46,014 nucleotides of DNA from Deltaproteobacteria bacterium. GTDB lineage: Bacteria > Desulfobacterota > GWC2-55-46 > DRQE01. The translations under genes and the position numbers were made by a program. Numbering within the stretch: position 1 is the stretch's first letter; every line of letters starts with the position of its first letter. The notes below the pieces were generated by a model. That model was not told the origin of the DNA. It worked only from the letters and a program-made list of their open reading frames with translations, and did no database searches. Of the stretch, positions 1 through 8,765 are shown in pieces. The stretch lies in NCBI GenBank assembly GCA_016219105.1, contig JACRCI010000047.1, positions 1-46,014 on the forward strand. The letters run 5' to 3'.

Positions 1-135
1 CCAAAGAAGGAGACCCCGGCCAAGAGATCAAGGCCGAGGAAGCCCTGTGTTCCTTCCAAGGACCACCCCTGGAGACGGTGGCAAAACAGACAGCCTCTCC
101 CGCCAAGGGAGGCATTACCTATACTAACCGAATAG
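1..135 (+). CDS. C-terminal fragment of ISNCY/IS1202-like (IS481-related) transposase, truncated by window edge
   Basis: Frame 1 reads PKKETPAKRSRPRKPCVPSKDHPWRRWQNRQPLPPREALPILTE*. A basic/Pro-rich tail ending in P-x-x-DHPWR is typical of these transposases, and an IS-like end follows directly. Confidence 0.75.
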   Translation, partial: PKKETPAKRSRPRKPCVPSKDHPWRRWQNRQPLPPREALPILTE

Positions 136-183
136 GACATTAATACTTTGCCAAGAATAGGACATTACTAAATTGCCTTGACA
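130..183 (+). mobile_element. Right end (IRR) of the IS1202/ISNCY-like element
   Basis: Two direct repeats, GAATAGGACATTAATACTTTGCC (130-152) and GAATAGGACATTACTAAATTGCC (155-177), then terminal TTGACA (5'-TGT on the minus strand). This matches the repeated transposase-binding-site plus TGT...ACA end architecture. Confidence 0.75.
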
Positions 184-225
184 CATCCGGAAATGTCCCC
201 TTGACTTCGCATCGTCAAATAACCT

Positions 226-373
226 AATATTGAGACCTCTGAAAAAGTCTTTTTTTGATGTCATTGCGAGCGTAGGCGACGAAGCAATCTCATAACTCAT
301 TGATTTATCGAATAGACGAGATTGCTTCGCTCCGTAATGACGTCCCAAGGGGTTTTTCAGAGGTCTCAATATT
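226..373. mobile_element. MITE with 15-bp terminal inverted repeats and an AATATT flanking duplication
   Basis: GAGACCTCTGAAAAA (232-246) and TTTTTCAGAGGTCTC (353-367) form a perfect inverted repeat, with AATATT on both sides (226-231, 368-373). The TIR resembles IS5-family GAGACCT... ends. No transposase inside. Confidence 0.75.
260..341. repeat. REP-doublet (REPIN-like) palindrome inside the MITE
   Basis: GTCATTGCGAGCG...CGAAGCAATCTC (260-291) pairs with GAGATTGCTTCGCTCCGTAATGAC (318-341). Confidence 0.7.
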
Positions 374-376
374 GTC

Positions 377-515
377 ATTGAAGAACTCCACCCCCGTATC
401 AAGTACGGGGCAGGCATAAATGGCGGAGTTCTTCGACGGTTAAGGAAATTGTCGTTTGTATAGCCCGCCTTGACCCTCCCCTTGGGGGGAGGGATTGCGG
501 CGGGCATTCCGTTCA
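377..515 (+). mobile_element. About 140-bp structured dispersed repeat, copy 1 (non-autonomous IS200/IS605-like element, inferred)
   Basis: Matches the reverse complement of 23152-23291 except for 5 substitutions and 1 indel. Two subterminal hairpins; ends TTGAA... and ...GTTCA. Confidence 0.7.
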
Positions 516-535
516 AAATAAGAAGAGGGGGCAAC

Positions 536-2359
536 GTGTCAACAGCCGCCGAACCGTCAAGCAATACCGTTGATATACCGGCAAAATCGTATTTCCTGGT
601 TTGTTTTGTTACTGCCGCCCTGATAGGGACAATCACATGGGCAATGCCCGTTGCACCGATTCTGCTGGGGATAGAGGTGTTCGCCACCATCCTGGCCCTC
701 TTTATCTTCGGCTCCATCAAGTACAGGATAGATAAGAACGCCGTCACATACGGCGCGTTACTTATCATACTGGCCACCTTCCTGCCCATGTGGTGGCCCG
801 GCTCCCAACTGCGCCAGGAGTTCATCCAGAACGGAGTGCCGGCCATATTGAATGCGGCGAAGGAAAACCTCCTCTCTTTGCACGGCCTTGAAAAACTCGC
901 CCATGCCGATACGATGCTCTTCATCCTCGGGCTGACCTTCTTTGTGGCCGTAATCTCGCAGACCCGCCTGCTCGAATCCATAAGCATGAACATCCTGAGG
1001 ATATTCGAGGGCCGCGTCTTCTTCACCGTCCTGGTTATCGGGGGGCTGGTCTCCTTTGCCTCCGGCATACTTGACGGGGTATCCATGATAGGCCTTACCA
1101 TCCGGGTGCTGGTCATCATCCTGGTCATGGCCAGGGTTGACTCCCACGGCATCAAATTCATCACCATGGTTTCGGTGATAATGACCACGGTCTGCGGGAT
1201 GTGGCTGGCCTATGGGGAGCCTCCCAACCTCATCATGAAGTCGAACCTGTCACTCCCTGATTCTTTTTTCCTCAAATACGCCATGCCGATGGCGGCGGCC
1301 ACTTTCGTCATCGTCGCATATTTCATATACGCGCGGCTGCGGGGCGTCGCCATACCGCTCGATGAGTTGGACGTCCTGGAGCAAAACATAGCGGACGTCC
1401 GGTTCATGCAGGCGGCGCATAAGGGAAAGACCAGGGAGATGGAGGAAATGCTGAAGGACTTTGCCGGCCGGCTCGGGGACAAGGCCGCGGCCGTGGACGC
1501 CTCCTACCATGAAGGGCACCATCCCATATCGGCCATGTGCCGGGCCGGGGTGGACAGGAAGATTACACACGAATTCATCGGGGAATATCTGGGAGAGGAA
1601 TTCAAGACGCCGGTCTTTTCCTACTACTGCCACAGGGTTAAACGGAAGCGGTCAAAGGAGGTGGAACATGAGATGGTGCATGCGGACGTCATCGAGCGTC
1701 TGATGGAGACGACCCGCCTGCAGAGACATGCCGCGCAGACGTGGGGGAAGATAGCCTTTGTCCCGTTCATCGCCCTTTTGTTCTGGCATGCGAAGAACCA
1801 TGAAGTCCCGCTCTTCGTGTCGTCGCTGGCCGGCTTCGGATTCGCCTTCATGGGGATACTGCCCCACCCGAAGATGCGCAGGCTCGCCCTGCTTGAGGCG
1901 GCCCATGAATACAGGGAATACCTCTTTCTCTTCCCCCTGTTCCTCTCCATCAGCCTGCTGACGGCGGTCGGGTTCTTCGACCAGGCCAAGGGCGTCATAG
2001 AATACGGTATCTCCACCATCGGAAACGCCAACGTGGCCGTTATACAGTTTATCGGCTCCGGCCTCCTCTCGGCGATACTCGACAACAACGTGGTGGCCGA
2101 CATCACGTCCAGGGCCATCCATGGAATGCCCAACATGTTCCTTTTTGCCGCCACCCAGATAGCGGGCTACGCAACCGGCGGGTCCTTGACCCACATAGGT
2201 TCCGCCCAATCGGTGGTCGCCTTTGCCTTCATCCTCAGATATCTTGACCCCAATTTTACGCCCCTGGACTGGATCCGGGCCATGTGGAAGCTGGTGCTGG
2301 CCATAACCATCGTCCTGACCGCGGTGATATACATAATGGCCTTTGTCGTGGCGGTCTGA
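536..2359 (+). CDS. Ion transporter (IT) superfamily permease (ArsB/NhaD/SLC13-like)
   Basis: Many TM segments with family motifs SGILDGVS, GEPPNLI, SAILDNNV and GGSLTHIGSAQSVV. GTG start at 536 after GAGGGG; the longer upstream ORF start lies inside the repeat. Confidence 0.75.
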   Translation: MSTAAEPSSNTVDIPAKSYFLVCFVTAALIGTITWAMPVAPILLGIEVFATILALFIFGSIKYRIDKNAVTYGALLIILATFLPMWWPGSQLRQEFIQNGVPAILNAAKENLLSLHGLEKLAHADTMLFILGLTFFVAVISQTRLLESISMNILRIFEGRVFFTVLVIGGLVSFASGILDGVSMIGLTIRVLVIILVMARVDSHGIKFITMVSVIMTTVCGMWLAYGEPPNLIMKSNLSLPDSFFLKYAMPMAAATFVIVAYFIYARLRGVAIPLDELDVLEQNIADVRFMQAAHKGKTREMEEMLKDFAGRLGDKAAAVDASYHEGHHPISAMCRAGVDRKITHEFIGEYLGEEFKTPVFSYYCHRVKRKRSKEVEHEMVHADVIERLMETTRLQRHAAQTWGKIAFVPFIALLFWHAKNHEVPLFVSSLAGFGFAFMGILPHPKMRRLALLEAAHEYREYLFLFPLFLSISLLTAVGFFDQAKGVIEYGISTIGNANVAVIQFIGSGLLSAILDNNVVADITSRAIHGMPNMFLFAATQIAGYATGGSLTHIGSAQSVVAFAFILRYLDPNFTPLDWIRAMWKLVLAITIVLTAVIYIMAFVVAV

Positions 2360-2417
2360 CGCATCAGCCCTCGCCCCGACCCCCTTTCGCATCCCCGCAA
2401 AGCCGCGGATGTTTACG

Positions 2418-2438
2418 CCAACCAGCCGTCCTCGACGG
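2418..2438 (-). repeat. 21-nt hairpin+tail repeat (intergenic copy)
   Basis: Minus strand reads CCGTC-GAG-GACGG-CTGGTTGG. Confidence 0.8.
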
Positions 2439-2445
2439 CCCATCA

Positions 2446-2475
2446 TTTACAACCCGCCGGATTATTTGGTATAAT
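2446..2475 (+). promoter_or_regulatory. sigma70-type promoter upstream of hemW
   Basis: TTTACA, 18 bp, then TATAAT with an extended -10 TG. Confidence 0.55.
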
Positions 2476-2558
2476 CTTTCAAAGACCGTAAATGGGCGCA
2501 GACCTCGTAAGGAGCGTAGCGCCGCGCAGGCAAAGAAAACGGAAGAACTGAAAAGGCC

Positions 2559-3749
2559 TTGCTGAAAACATCCGGAAGACAAAAAAAGGACACCCTCGGC
2601 ATCTACGTCCACATACCCTTCTGCAAAAGGAAGTGCCCGTACTGCGATTTCAACTCGGTCGCGGCCGTCGGGGACGGCTGGATAGCCGTCGGAACGCCTG
2701 AAAAAGAGTACGCGGAAAGCGTGCTCATGGAGTTTTCCTCCATCGCTGAAAGGGAGGGGCTCGGGGAGCGGATACGCGCGGTCGAAACCCTGTATTTCGG
2801 CGGCGGCACCCCCTCCATTTTTTCACCTGATACGATAGCCCGCATCATCGGCGGGATACGCCGCGTAATCCCTCTCTCGGACAACGCCGAGATTACCCTT
2901 GAGGTGAATCCGGAAACCGTTGATGGAAAAAAACTCCGCGGCTTCAGGGACGCCGGTATAAACCGCCTGAGCATAGGCATCCAGTCTTTAAACCCAACGG
3001 AACTCAAAACCCTCGGCAGGCTCCACTCGGCTGAAAAGGCCGTGGAGGCCGTCGCGCTTTCAAGGGACGCCGGGTTTAAGAACATCGGGGTGGACATCAT
3101 GTTCGCCGTGCCGGGCCAGACGTTTCGGGGATGGGAAAAGACGCTCATTGAAATAACGGGGCTCGCTCCCGAGCATGTGTCAATATACGGGCTTACCGTT
3201 GAGAAAGGCACCCCCTACCACGGGTTATTGAAAAAAGGAGAGCTCGTGCTGCCGTCCGAAGGTCTCTACGCCGACATGTACCGCTGCGGCGCCAGGGTCA
3301 TGAAGGAAAACGGCTACGCGCGCTACGAGATATCGAACTTCGCTCTCGACGGCTTTGAATGCAGGCACAACATGAGATACTGGCTGGGAAAAGACTATAT
3401 AGGGCTTGGGGCAGGCGCCCATTCCTATCTGGGCCTAAGCGGCCAGGGACTGAGGTGGTGGAACGAGCCCTCCCCGGGCCGTTATATGGAGATGGCCGGG
3501 AAAGGGTTAAGCCCTTCGGCCGGCTCGGAGACGCTTAAGGTCGAGGAGGAGGCGACGGAAAGGATTATGCTGGGCCTGAGGCTTAAAGAGGGCATAAGGG
3601 AAAACGAATTCATCGAACGCTTCGGCTCGCCTCCGGCGGAGTTCATCCTGCGCTGGAAAGAGCTGAACGAGCTCGGGCTCATACGCGCCGAGGACGGCTT
3701 TATCGCCCTGACCCAGAAGGGCATACTTTTTTCAAACGAGGTCTTTTAG
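2559..3749 (+). CDS. hemW: Radical SAM heme chaperone HemW (HemN-like)
   Basis: YVHIPFCKRKCPYCDF radical SAM motif, YFGGGTPS, YEISNF and HNMRYW; lies directly upstream of hrcA. Confidence 0.9.
   Translation: MLKTSGRQKKDTLGIYVHIPFCKRKCPYCDFNSVAAVGDGWIAVGTPEKEYAESVLMEFSSIAEREGLGERIRAVETLYFGGGTPSIFSPDTIARIIGGIRRVIPLSDNAEITLEVNPETVDGKKLRGFRDAGINRLSIGIQSLNPTELKTLGRLHSAEKAVEAVALSRDAGFKNIGVDIMFAVPGQTFRGWEKTLIEITGLAPEHVSIYGLTVEKGTPYHGLLKKGELVLPSEGLYADMYRCGARVMKENGYARYEISNFALDGFECRHNMRYWLGKDYIGLGAGAHSYLGLSGQGLRWWNEPSPGRYMEMAGKGLSPSAGSETLKVEEEATERIMLGLRLKEGIRENEFIERFGSPPAEFILRWKELNELGLIRAEDGFIALTQKGILFSNEVF
2665..2685 (+). repeat. 21-nt hairpin+tail repeat inserted in frame in hemW
   Basis: CCGTC-GGG-GACGG-CTGGATAG, encoding AVGDGWI just after the CxxxCxxC motif. 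Confidence 0.7.
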
Positions 3750-3803
3750 CGGACGGAGAAGGCCTCCGGCCTGGCGCGGCAAAAGGACAAAAACCTGATT
3801 TCC

Positions 3804-3832
3804 TTGACAACGGTTTTTCACGCTGGTATCTT
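3804..3832 (+). promoter_or_regulatory. sigma70-type promoter of hrcA-grpE-dnaJ
   Basis: TTGACA, 17 bp, then TATCTT with extended TG; GAGGAGG RBS before the GTG at 3865. Confidence 0.65.
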
Positions 3833-3864
3833 TCTTTAAAGAGCCGCATAAACGAGGAGGCGAC

Positions 3865-4902
3865 GTGACGACCCTCACGGAACGCGCGGAAAAGATACTC
3901 ATAGAGATAGTCAAGGTGTATATCTCGACGGCCGGGGCGGTAAGCTCCGGGAGCATCGCGAAGACCCGCCGCGTGGGCCTCAGCCCCGCCTCCGTACGAA
4001 ACGTGATGGCCGAGCTTGAACGTCAGGGCTACATCACCCGGCCGCACGCCTCCTCCGGAAGGGTGCCGACGGACAAAGGCTTCCGCCTGTATGTGGACAG
4101 CCTGCTTGAGGTCGAAGAGCCGCGCGAAGACGACAAACACCGCATAAGGGCCTGCTGCGAAAACACCCTTGTCTGCGATGGAATGGTGCGCGGCGCCACA
4201 AGGATGCTCTCCAGCATCACAAGCTGCGCCGGGTTTGTCCTCGTGCCGCGCAGGGCCGGGTTTTTGATAAGGCACGTACGGTTCCTCCCGGTGGACGACT
4301 CCTTCATACTCGTCGTCATCGTCTCAACCAACGGGATCGTCAACACAAGGCCGGTAAGAAGGGAAAAAGGGTTCGCCGGTATAGACCTTGAAAAGGCATC
4401 GAACTACCTGAACTCCTTTTCCGCCGGCCTTACGATGGAGGAACTGAGGGACAGGGTCATGGAGGAGATGGGGAAGGAAAGGAACCTCTACGACGGGCTC
4501 TTCAAGGCGGCGCTCCGGCTCGGCCTGATGATAGGGGAGACGGCCGCGAGTAACGGCGACGCCGAGGGCGACATATACGTCGAAGGCAGGGCGAACATAT
4601 TCGACCAGCCCGAATTCGCAATTGACATCGAGCGGATGAAGCGCGTATTCGCCGCCTTCGAGGAAAAAAGCCTGCTCGTCAGGATACTCGACGAGAGCAT
4701 CAAGGAGAGGGGCGTGCGCATCTCCATCGGCTCGGAGTGCGACACGAAGGGGTTCGAGGGGCTCAGCCTTGTCGCCGCCTCTTACGGAAAGGACGAATCT
4801 GCGCTTGGCACCGTCGGGGTCATCGGGCCTGTCAGGATGAACTATCCAAGGATTATCCCGCTTGTAAACTACGCCGCAGGACTCCTCACCGAAGCCCTTT
4901 AG
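3865..4902 (+). CDS. hrcA: Heat-inducible transcription repressor HrcA
   Basis: SPASVRNVMAELE, PHASSGRVPTDKGFRLYVD and GVIGPVRMNY motifs. Confidence 0.95.
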   Translation: MTTLTERAEKILIEIVKVYISTAGAVSSGSIAKTRRVGLSPASVRNVMAELERQGYITRPHASSGRVPTDKGFRLYVDSLLEVEEPREDDKHRIRACCENTLVCDGMVRGATRMLSSITSCAGFVLVPRRAGFLIRHVRFLPVDDSFILVVIVSTNGIVNTRPVRREKGFAGIDLEKASNYLNSFSAGLTMEELRDRVMEEMGKERNLYDGLFKAALRLGLMIGETAASNGDAEGDIYVEGRANIFDQPEFAIDIERMKRVFAAFEEKSLLVRILDESIKERGVRISIGSECDTKGFEGLSLVAASYGKDESALGTVGVIGPVRMNYPRIIPLVNYAAGLLTEAL

Positions 4903-4968
4903 AACGCCGTCTTCTTAAAATTCTGGAGGAAAAAAGTCCAATCTCAAGACATGACGGGGTGCACGGAT

Positions 4969-5520
4969 ATGGCCGACGAAAAAAAGACAGAGGGGACGGA
5001 GGAAGGGAAAGAATCTCCTGAACAGGGCGCCGGGGCCGGAGAATCGGCCGTGGCCCGGCTGACGGAAGAGCTTGAGGCCAGGGCGAAAGAGGCCGCGGGA
5101 AACCATGACAAGTTCCTCAGGAAATGCGCCGACCTCGAAAACTACAAAAGGCGGATGGAAAAGGAACTCTCCTCGGTTGTTCAGTTCGCTAACGAAGACC
5201 TGATAAAGGAGATACTCCCGATAGTGGACAGCCTCGAAAGGGCGCTTGAGCACCGCGGGGAGGAGCCGGGGGAGGCGGCGGCCTCGTCCCTTATCGGGGG
5301 GGTCGATCTGACCCTCAGGAAGATGTCGGATATCCTCAAAAAGTTCGGGGTGGAGGAGATACGGGCCGAGGGCGGAAGGTTCGACCCCGCAAGGCACGAG
5401 GCGCTCTCCCACGAGGAAAAGGAAGGGTTTGAGAGCGGGGCGGTCATAAAGGAACTGCAAAAGGGTTATATCCTCAGGGACAGGCTCCTCAGGCCCTCGC
5501 TCGTTATAGTCGCAAAATAA
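4969..5520 (+). CDS. grpE: Nucleotide exchange factor GrpE
   Basis: ADLENYKRR, ILPIVDSLERAL, FDPARHEA and KGYILRDRLLRPSLV motifs. Confidence 0.95.
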   Translation: MADEKKTEGTEEGKESPEQGAGAGESAVARLTEELEARAKEAAGNHDKFLRKCADLENYKRRMEKELSSVVQFANEDLIKEILPIVDSLERALEHRGEEPGEAAASSLIGGVDLTLRKMSDILKKFGVEEIRAEGGRFDPARHEALSHEEKEGFESGAVIKELQKGYILRDRLLRPSLVIVAK

Positions 5521-5598
5521 AACCAGGGGGAGGCGCCGGCTGGCACGCCTCGCGGCGCCGGCGGGTTGGCCGGGGGAGACCGAAGGGCCCGTAACGTT

Positions 5599-6702
5599 AT
5601 GTCAAAGGACTACTACAGCATACTCGGCGTAAGCCGCAACTCGACCGATGACGAGATAAAGCGGGCTTACAGAAGGCTCGCCCACATGTACCACCCGGAC
5701 AAGCACGCATCCGAGGGCGACAAGGAAGAAGCCGGGGAGAAGTTCAAGGAGATAAACGCGGCCTACGAGGTGCTTAAAAACCCTTCGAGGAGGGCGCAGT
5801 ACGACCGGTTCGGACAGGCCGGCGCCGGAGCGGACTTCGGCGGCGCGGCTGATTTCGGAGGGGACTTCGGGGATTTCTTCGGAGACATGTTCTCGGAGTT
5901 TTTCGGGGGCCGCAGGCGCCCCGGGCCTGAGGCGGGCGCGGACTTAAGATACGACCTCACGGTATCCTTCACCGAGGCGGCGTTCGGGACCACGAAAAAG
6001 ATCATCATCCCCAAGGTCGCTCATTGCAAGACCTGCCAGGGCCTCGGCGCCAGGCCCGGCACATCCCCCAAACGCTGCGGCCGATGCGGCGGCTCAGGCC
6101 AGGAAAGGTTCCAGCAGGGGATATTCAGGATTGCAAAGACATGCCCGGAGTGCCGCGGCGCCGGCGCGGTCATCGAGAACCCCTGCGCGGAGTGCCGCGG
6201 CGCCGGCGCGGTAAAGATCGAACACTCGCTTACGCTCAATATACCCGGCGGGGTGGATACGGGCAGCAAGCTCAGGGTGGCCGGCGAAGGCGCCTCAGGG
6301 ACGCGCGGAGGCCCGGAGGGGGACCTCTACGTGTTCATAAGCGTCGAACCCCATCCCATATTCAGGAGGGAGGAAGACGACGTTATATGCGAGGTGCCGA
6401 TAAGCTTCCCGCAGGCGGCCCTCGGGACCGAGATAGAAGTCCCCACGCTCGAAGGGCCCGTGAAGCTGAAGATACCGCCCGGGACGCAGCCGGGAAAGAT
6501 TTTCAGGCTCAAGGCAAAGGGCGTTGCGTCCCCTGGCGCGCCGCGGCGCGGAGACCATCTCGTTTACATAAGGATAGAAACGCCGGCGAAACTCAACATG
6601 AGGCAGAAGGAACTGATCGAGGAGTTCGCGCGGATAAGCAACGACGACGTGTTCCCCCATAAAAAAAGCTTCCTCGACAAGGTGAAGGAGATGTTCGGAT
6701 GA
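5599..6702 (+). CDS. dnaJ: Molecular chaperone DnaJ
   Basis: J domain with HPD, a G/F region and four CxxCxGxG repeats; start at MSKDYY. Confidence 0.95.
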   Translation: MSKDYYSILGVSRNSTDDEIKRAYRRLAHMYHPDKHASEGDKEEAGEKFKEINAAYEVLKNPSRRAQYDRFGQAGAGADFGGAADFGGDFGDFFGDMFSEFFGGRRRPGPEAGADLRYDLTVSFTEAAFGTTKKIIIPKVAHCKTCQGLGARPGTSPKRCGRCGGSGQERFQQGIFRIAKTCPECRGAGAVIENPCAECRGAGAVKIEHSLTLNIPGGVDTGSKLRVAGEGASGTRGGPEGDLYVFISVEPHPIFRREEDDVICEVPISFPQAALGTEIEVPTLEGPVKLKIPPGTQPGKIFRLKAKGVASPGAPRRGDHLVYIRIETPAKLNMRQKELIEEFARISNDDVFPHKKSFLDKVKEMFG

Positions 6703-8348
6703 GACGCCGGATTCCTCCCTTCATCATCCCTTTCCTCATCGCCGCCGTCATGACGCAGGCGGCCCCGTGCCTCTCGGAGGATGCGGCTGGAAAGGCCCTT
6801 TTTACGGTATTGGACGAGGCGGAGAAAAACGCCCCGACGGACCGGACTATCGAAAAGATCGAGGGCTTCATCCGGAGCTACCCCCTCTCAAGCGTGACCG
6901 ACGAGGCCATCGAGAGGGTCGCGTCCATGCTCGTCCAGAAATCCGATTTCCGCGAGGCCGCCGTGTACTACCAGAGGCTTCTAATGGACTTTCCGGCGAG
7001 CCGCTACAAGATAGACGCCCTCTACGGACTCGGATACTGCCGGTACAGGCTGGGGGATGCGCGGGAGGCGAAGTCCTCCCTCGATGCGGTCGCGTCGAAC
7101 CCGGACGCCTCGGTGACGCAGAAGGTAAAGGCACGGAGAATCCTCGACACGATAAGATACGCCGAGGCCCCCGGCCGCGCCCGAAAAACCGCCATAGCCG
7201 CCGTGCTTCCGCTTAAAGGGGAATATTCGGCCTACGGCGAAAACACCCTGAGGGGGATACTGCTCGCCGCCGGTGTTTTCGGGAAGGGCACGGACATGGG
7301 CGTTGAGATACGGGTGGAAGACAGCGGGGAATCGGAAAGGGAGACCGAAAAGACCATTGAGAGGCTCGGCGCGGAAGAAAACGTGGTGGCCGCGGTCGGC
7401 CCGCTTTTGAGCTCGACCGCCACGGCGGCGGCGCGGGAGGCGCAGAAAAGGAAACTCCCGGTCATAGTCCTGTCGCAGAAGGAGGGCATACCCCAGACCG
7501 GGGACTACGTGTTCAGGAACTTCCTTACCCCGAAAGAACAGGCCATGACCGTGGCGGAATACGCCGCGAAGACCCTCGGCATAAGGAAATTCGCCGTGCT
7601 CTATCCCGAAAACTCCTACGGGATCGAGCTGGCCGGACATTTCATGGCGGCCGTTAAAGACCACGGCGGGCTTATAGTCTCGGAAATTAAGTATCAGCCG
7701 GGCACGAAGGACTTCAACTCCGAGATAAAGACGCTCTTCGGCATAAAGGTTAAAGAGGAACTCGTCGGCCGCAGGCGCGTTACCGAATACACGCCCACCG
7801 TGGACGTCGAGGCCCTCTATATACCCGACTATTATTCAACGGTCATCCAGATCGCCCCGTACCTCGCCTACCACAACATCAAAGACGTCCAGCTCCTCGG
7901 GTCAAACGGCTGGAACTCCCCGGAGCTTCTGAAACTCGCCGGAGATTACGTCGAGGGGGCCGTCTTCGTGGACGGGTTCTTCACGGCGAGCAGAAGGAAA
8001 GGCGCAAGCCTGTTCCGGGACATGTTCGTGAAGGCATACGGCAGCCCGCCGGGCATACTCGAGGCCGAGGCCTACGACTCCACGATGCTCATACTCTCGG
8101 CGCTTAAAGGCGGGGCCGTTGACCGCGGTGCCGTGAGGGCCTACCTGTCGGACACGGGCCAGTTCGAGGGGGCCACCGGCCGCATGAGATTCGACCCTGA
8201 CGGCGAGGCGGTAAAGGAGCTTTTCTTGCTGAAGGTCGTCAAAGGCGCCATAACGGAGGTGGAAAACCCCGGCGGCCAAAACACCCTCCCGGGCGCCACC
8301 CGGAGTACTCCAAAGACTACTCCAAGCATCGCTCCGGCGAGGCAGTAA
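6699..8348 (+). CDS. TPR + periplasmic-binding-fold protein (penicillin-binding protein activator LpoA/LppC-like)
   Basis: Signal peptide, TPR helices (ALYGLGYCRY), then IAAVLPLKGEY, VVAAVGPLLS, LLGSNGWNS and EAYDS of the LivJ/LppC type I fold. Confidence 0.75.
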   Translation: MRRRIPPFIIPFLIAAVMTQAAPCLSEDAAGKALFTVLDEAEKNAPTDRTIEKIEGFIRSYPLSSVTDEAIERVASMLVQKSDFREAAVYYQRLLMDFPASRYKIDALYGLGYCRYRLGDAREAKSSLDAVASNPDASVTQKVKARRILDTIRYAEAPGRARKTAIAAVLPLKGEYSAYGENTLRGILLAAGVFGKGTDMGVEIRVEDSGESERETEKTIERLGAEENVVAAVGPLLSSTATAAAREAQKRKLPVIVLSQKEGIPQTGDYVFRNFLTPKEQAMTVAEYAAKTLGIRKFAVLYPENSYGIELAGHFMAAVKDHGGLIVSEIKYQPGTKDFNSEIKTLFGIKVKEELVGRRRVTEYTPTVDVEALYIPDYYSTVIQIAPYLAYHNIKDVQLLGSNGWNSPELLKLAGDYVEGAVFVDGFFTASRRKGASLFRDMFVKAYGSPPGILEAEAYDSTMLILSALKGGAVDRGAVRAYLSDTGQFEGATGRMRFDPDGEAVKELFLLKVVKGAITEVENPGGQNTLPGATRSTPKTTPSIAPARQ

Positions 8349-8364
8349 AAGACACACTTACCAT

Positions 8365-8393
8365 TTGCAGATTTTTTCCTTTTAGGTTATACT
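8365..8393 (+). promoter_or_regulatory. sigma70-type promoter, probably leaderless, for dksA
   Basis: TTGCAG, 17 bp, TATACT, then 6 nt to the ATG at 8400. Confidence 0.55.
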
Positions 8394-8399
8394 GGATGG

Positions 8400-8765
8400 A
8401 TGAATAACGACAGACTTGAGCACTTCAGGGATATCCTTAATTCCACCCTCGAAGGGTTGCTCCAGGACGCAGAGCGCACCGTAAGCGGGATGAACAGAAC
8501 CACCGATGAGCACTTCCCGGACCCGACCGACCGGGCCTCTCACGAGACCGACAGGAATTTCGTTTTAAGGGTCAAGGACAGGGAAAGGAAACTCGTCGCC
8601 AAGGTTAAAGACGCCCTCAAGAGGATAGAGGACGGCACCTACGGCATCTGCGAGGAGTGCGGCGAGCCTATCTCCGAGAAAAGGCTCGCTGTCAGGCCGG
8701 TTACGACCTGCTGCGTTGAATGCAAGAAGGAAGAAGAGGAACTTGAGAGGCAAAGGGGCGCGTAA
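8400..8765 (+). CDS. dksA: RNA polymerase-binding protein DksA
   Basis: FPDPTDRA coiled-coil tip and GTYGICEECGEPI...RP...CVEC C4 zinc finger. Confidence 0.93.
   Translation: MNNDRLEHFRDILNSTLEGLLQDAERTVSGMNRTTDEHFPDPTDRASHETDRNFVLRVKDRERKLVAKVKDALKRIEDGTYGICEECGEPISEKRLAVRPVTTCCVECKKEEEELERQRGA

Noticed and set aside
470-535. Shared N-terminus MTLPL.GGIAAGIPF of ORFs 470-2359 and 23197-22742
   Set aside because: Artefact of the 140-bp repeat; the real starts are more likely 536 and 22993.
6146-6212. Identical 25-nt direct repeat CGGAGTGCCGCGGCGCCGGCGCGGT
   Set aside because: Encodes the third and fourth CxxCxGxG zinc-finger repeats of DnaJ; explained by protein repeats.
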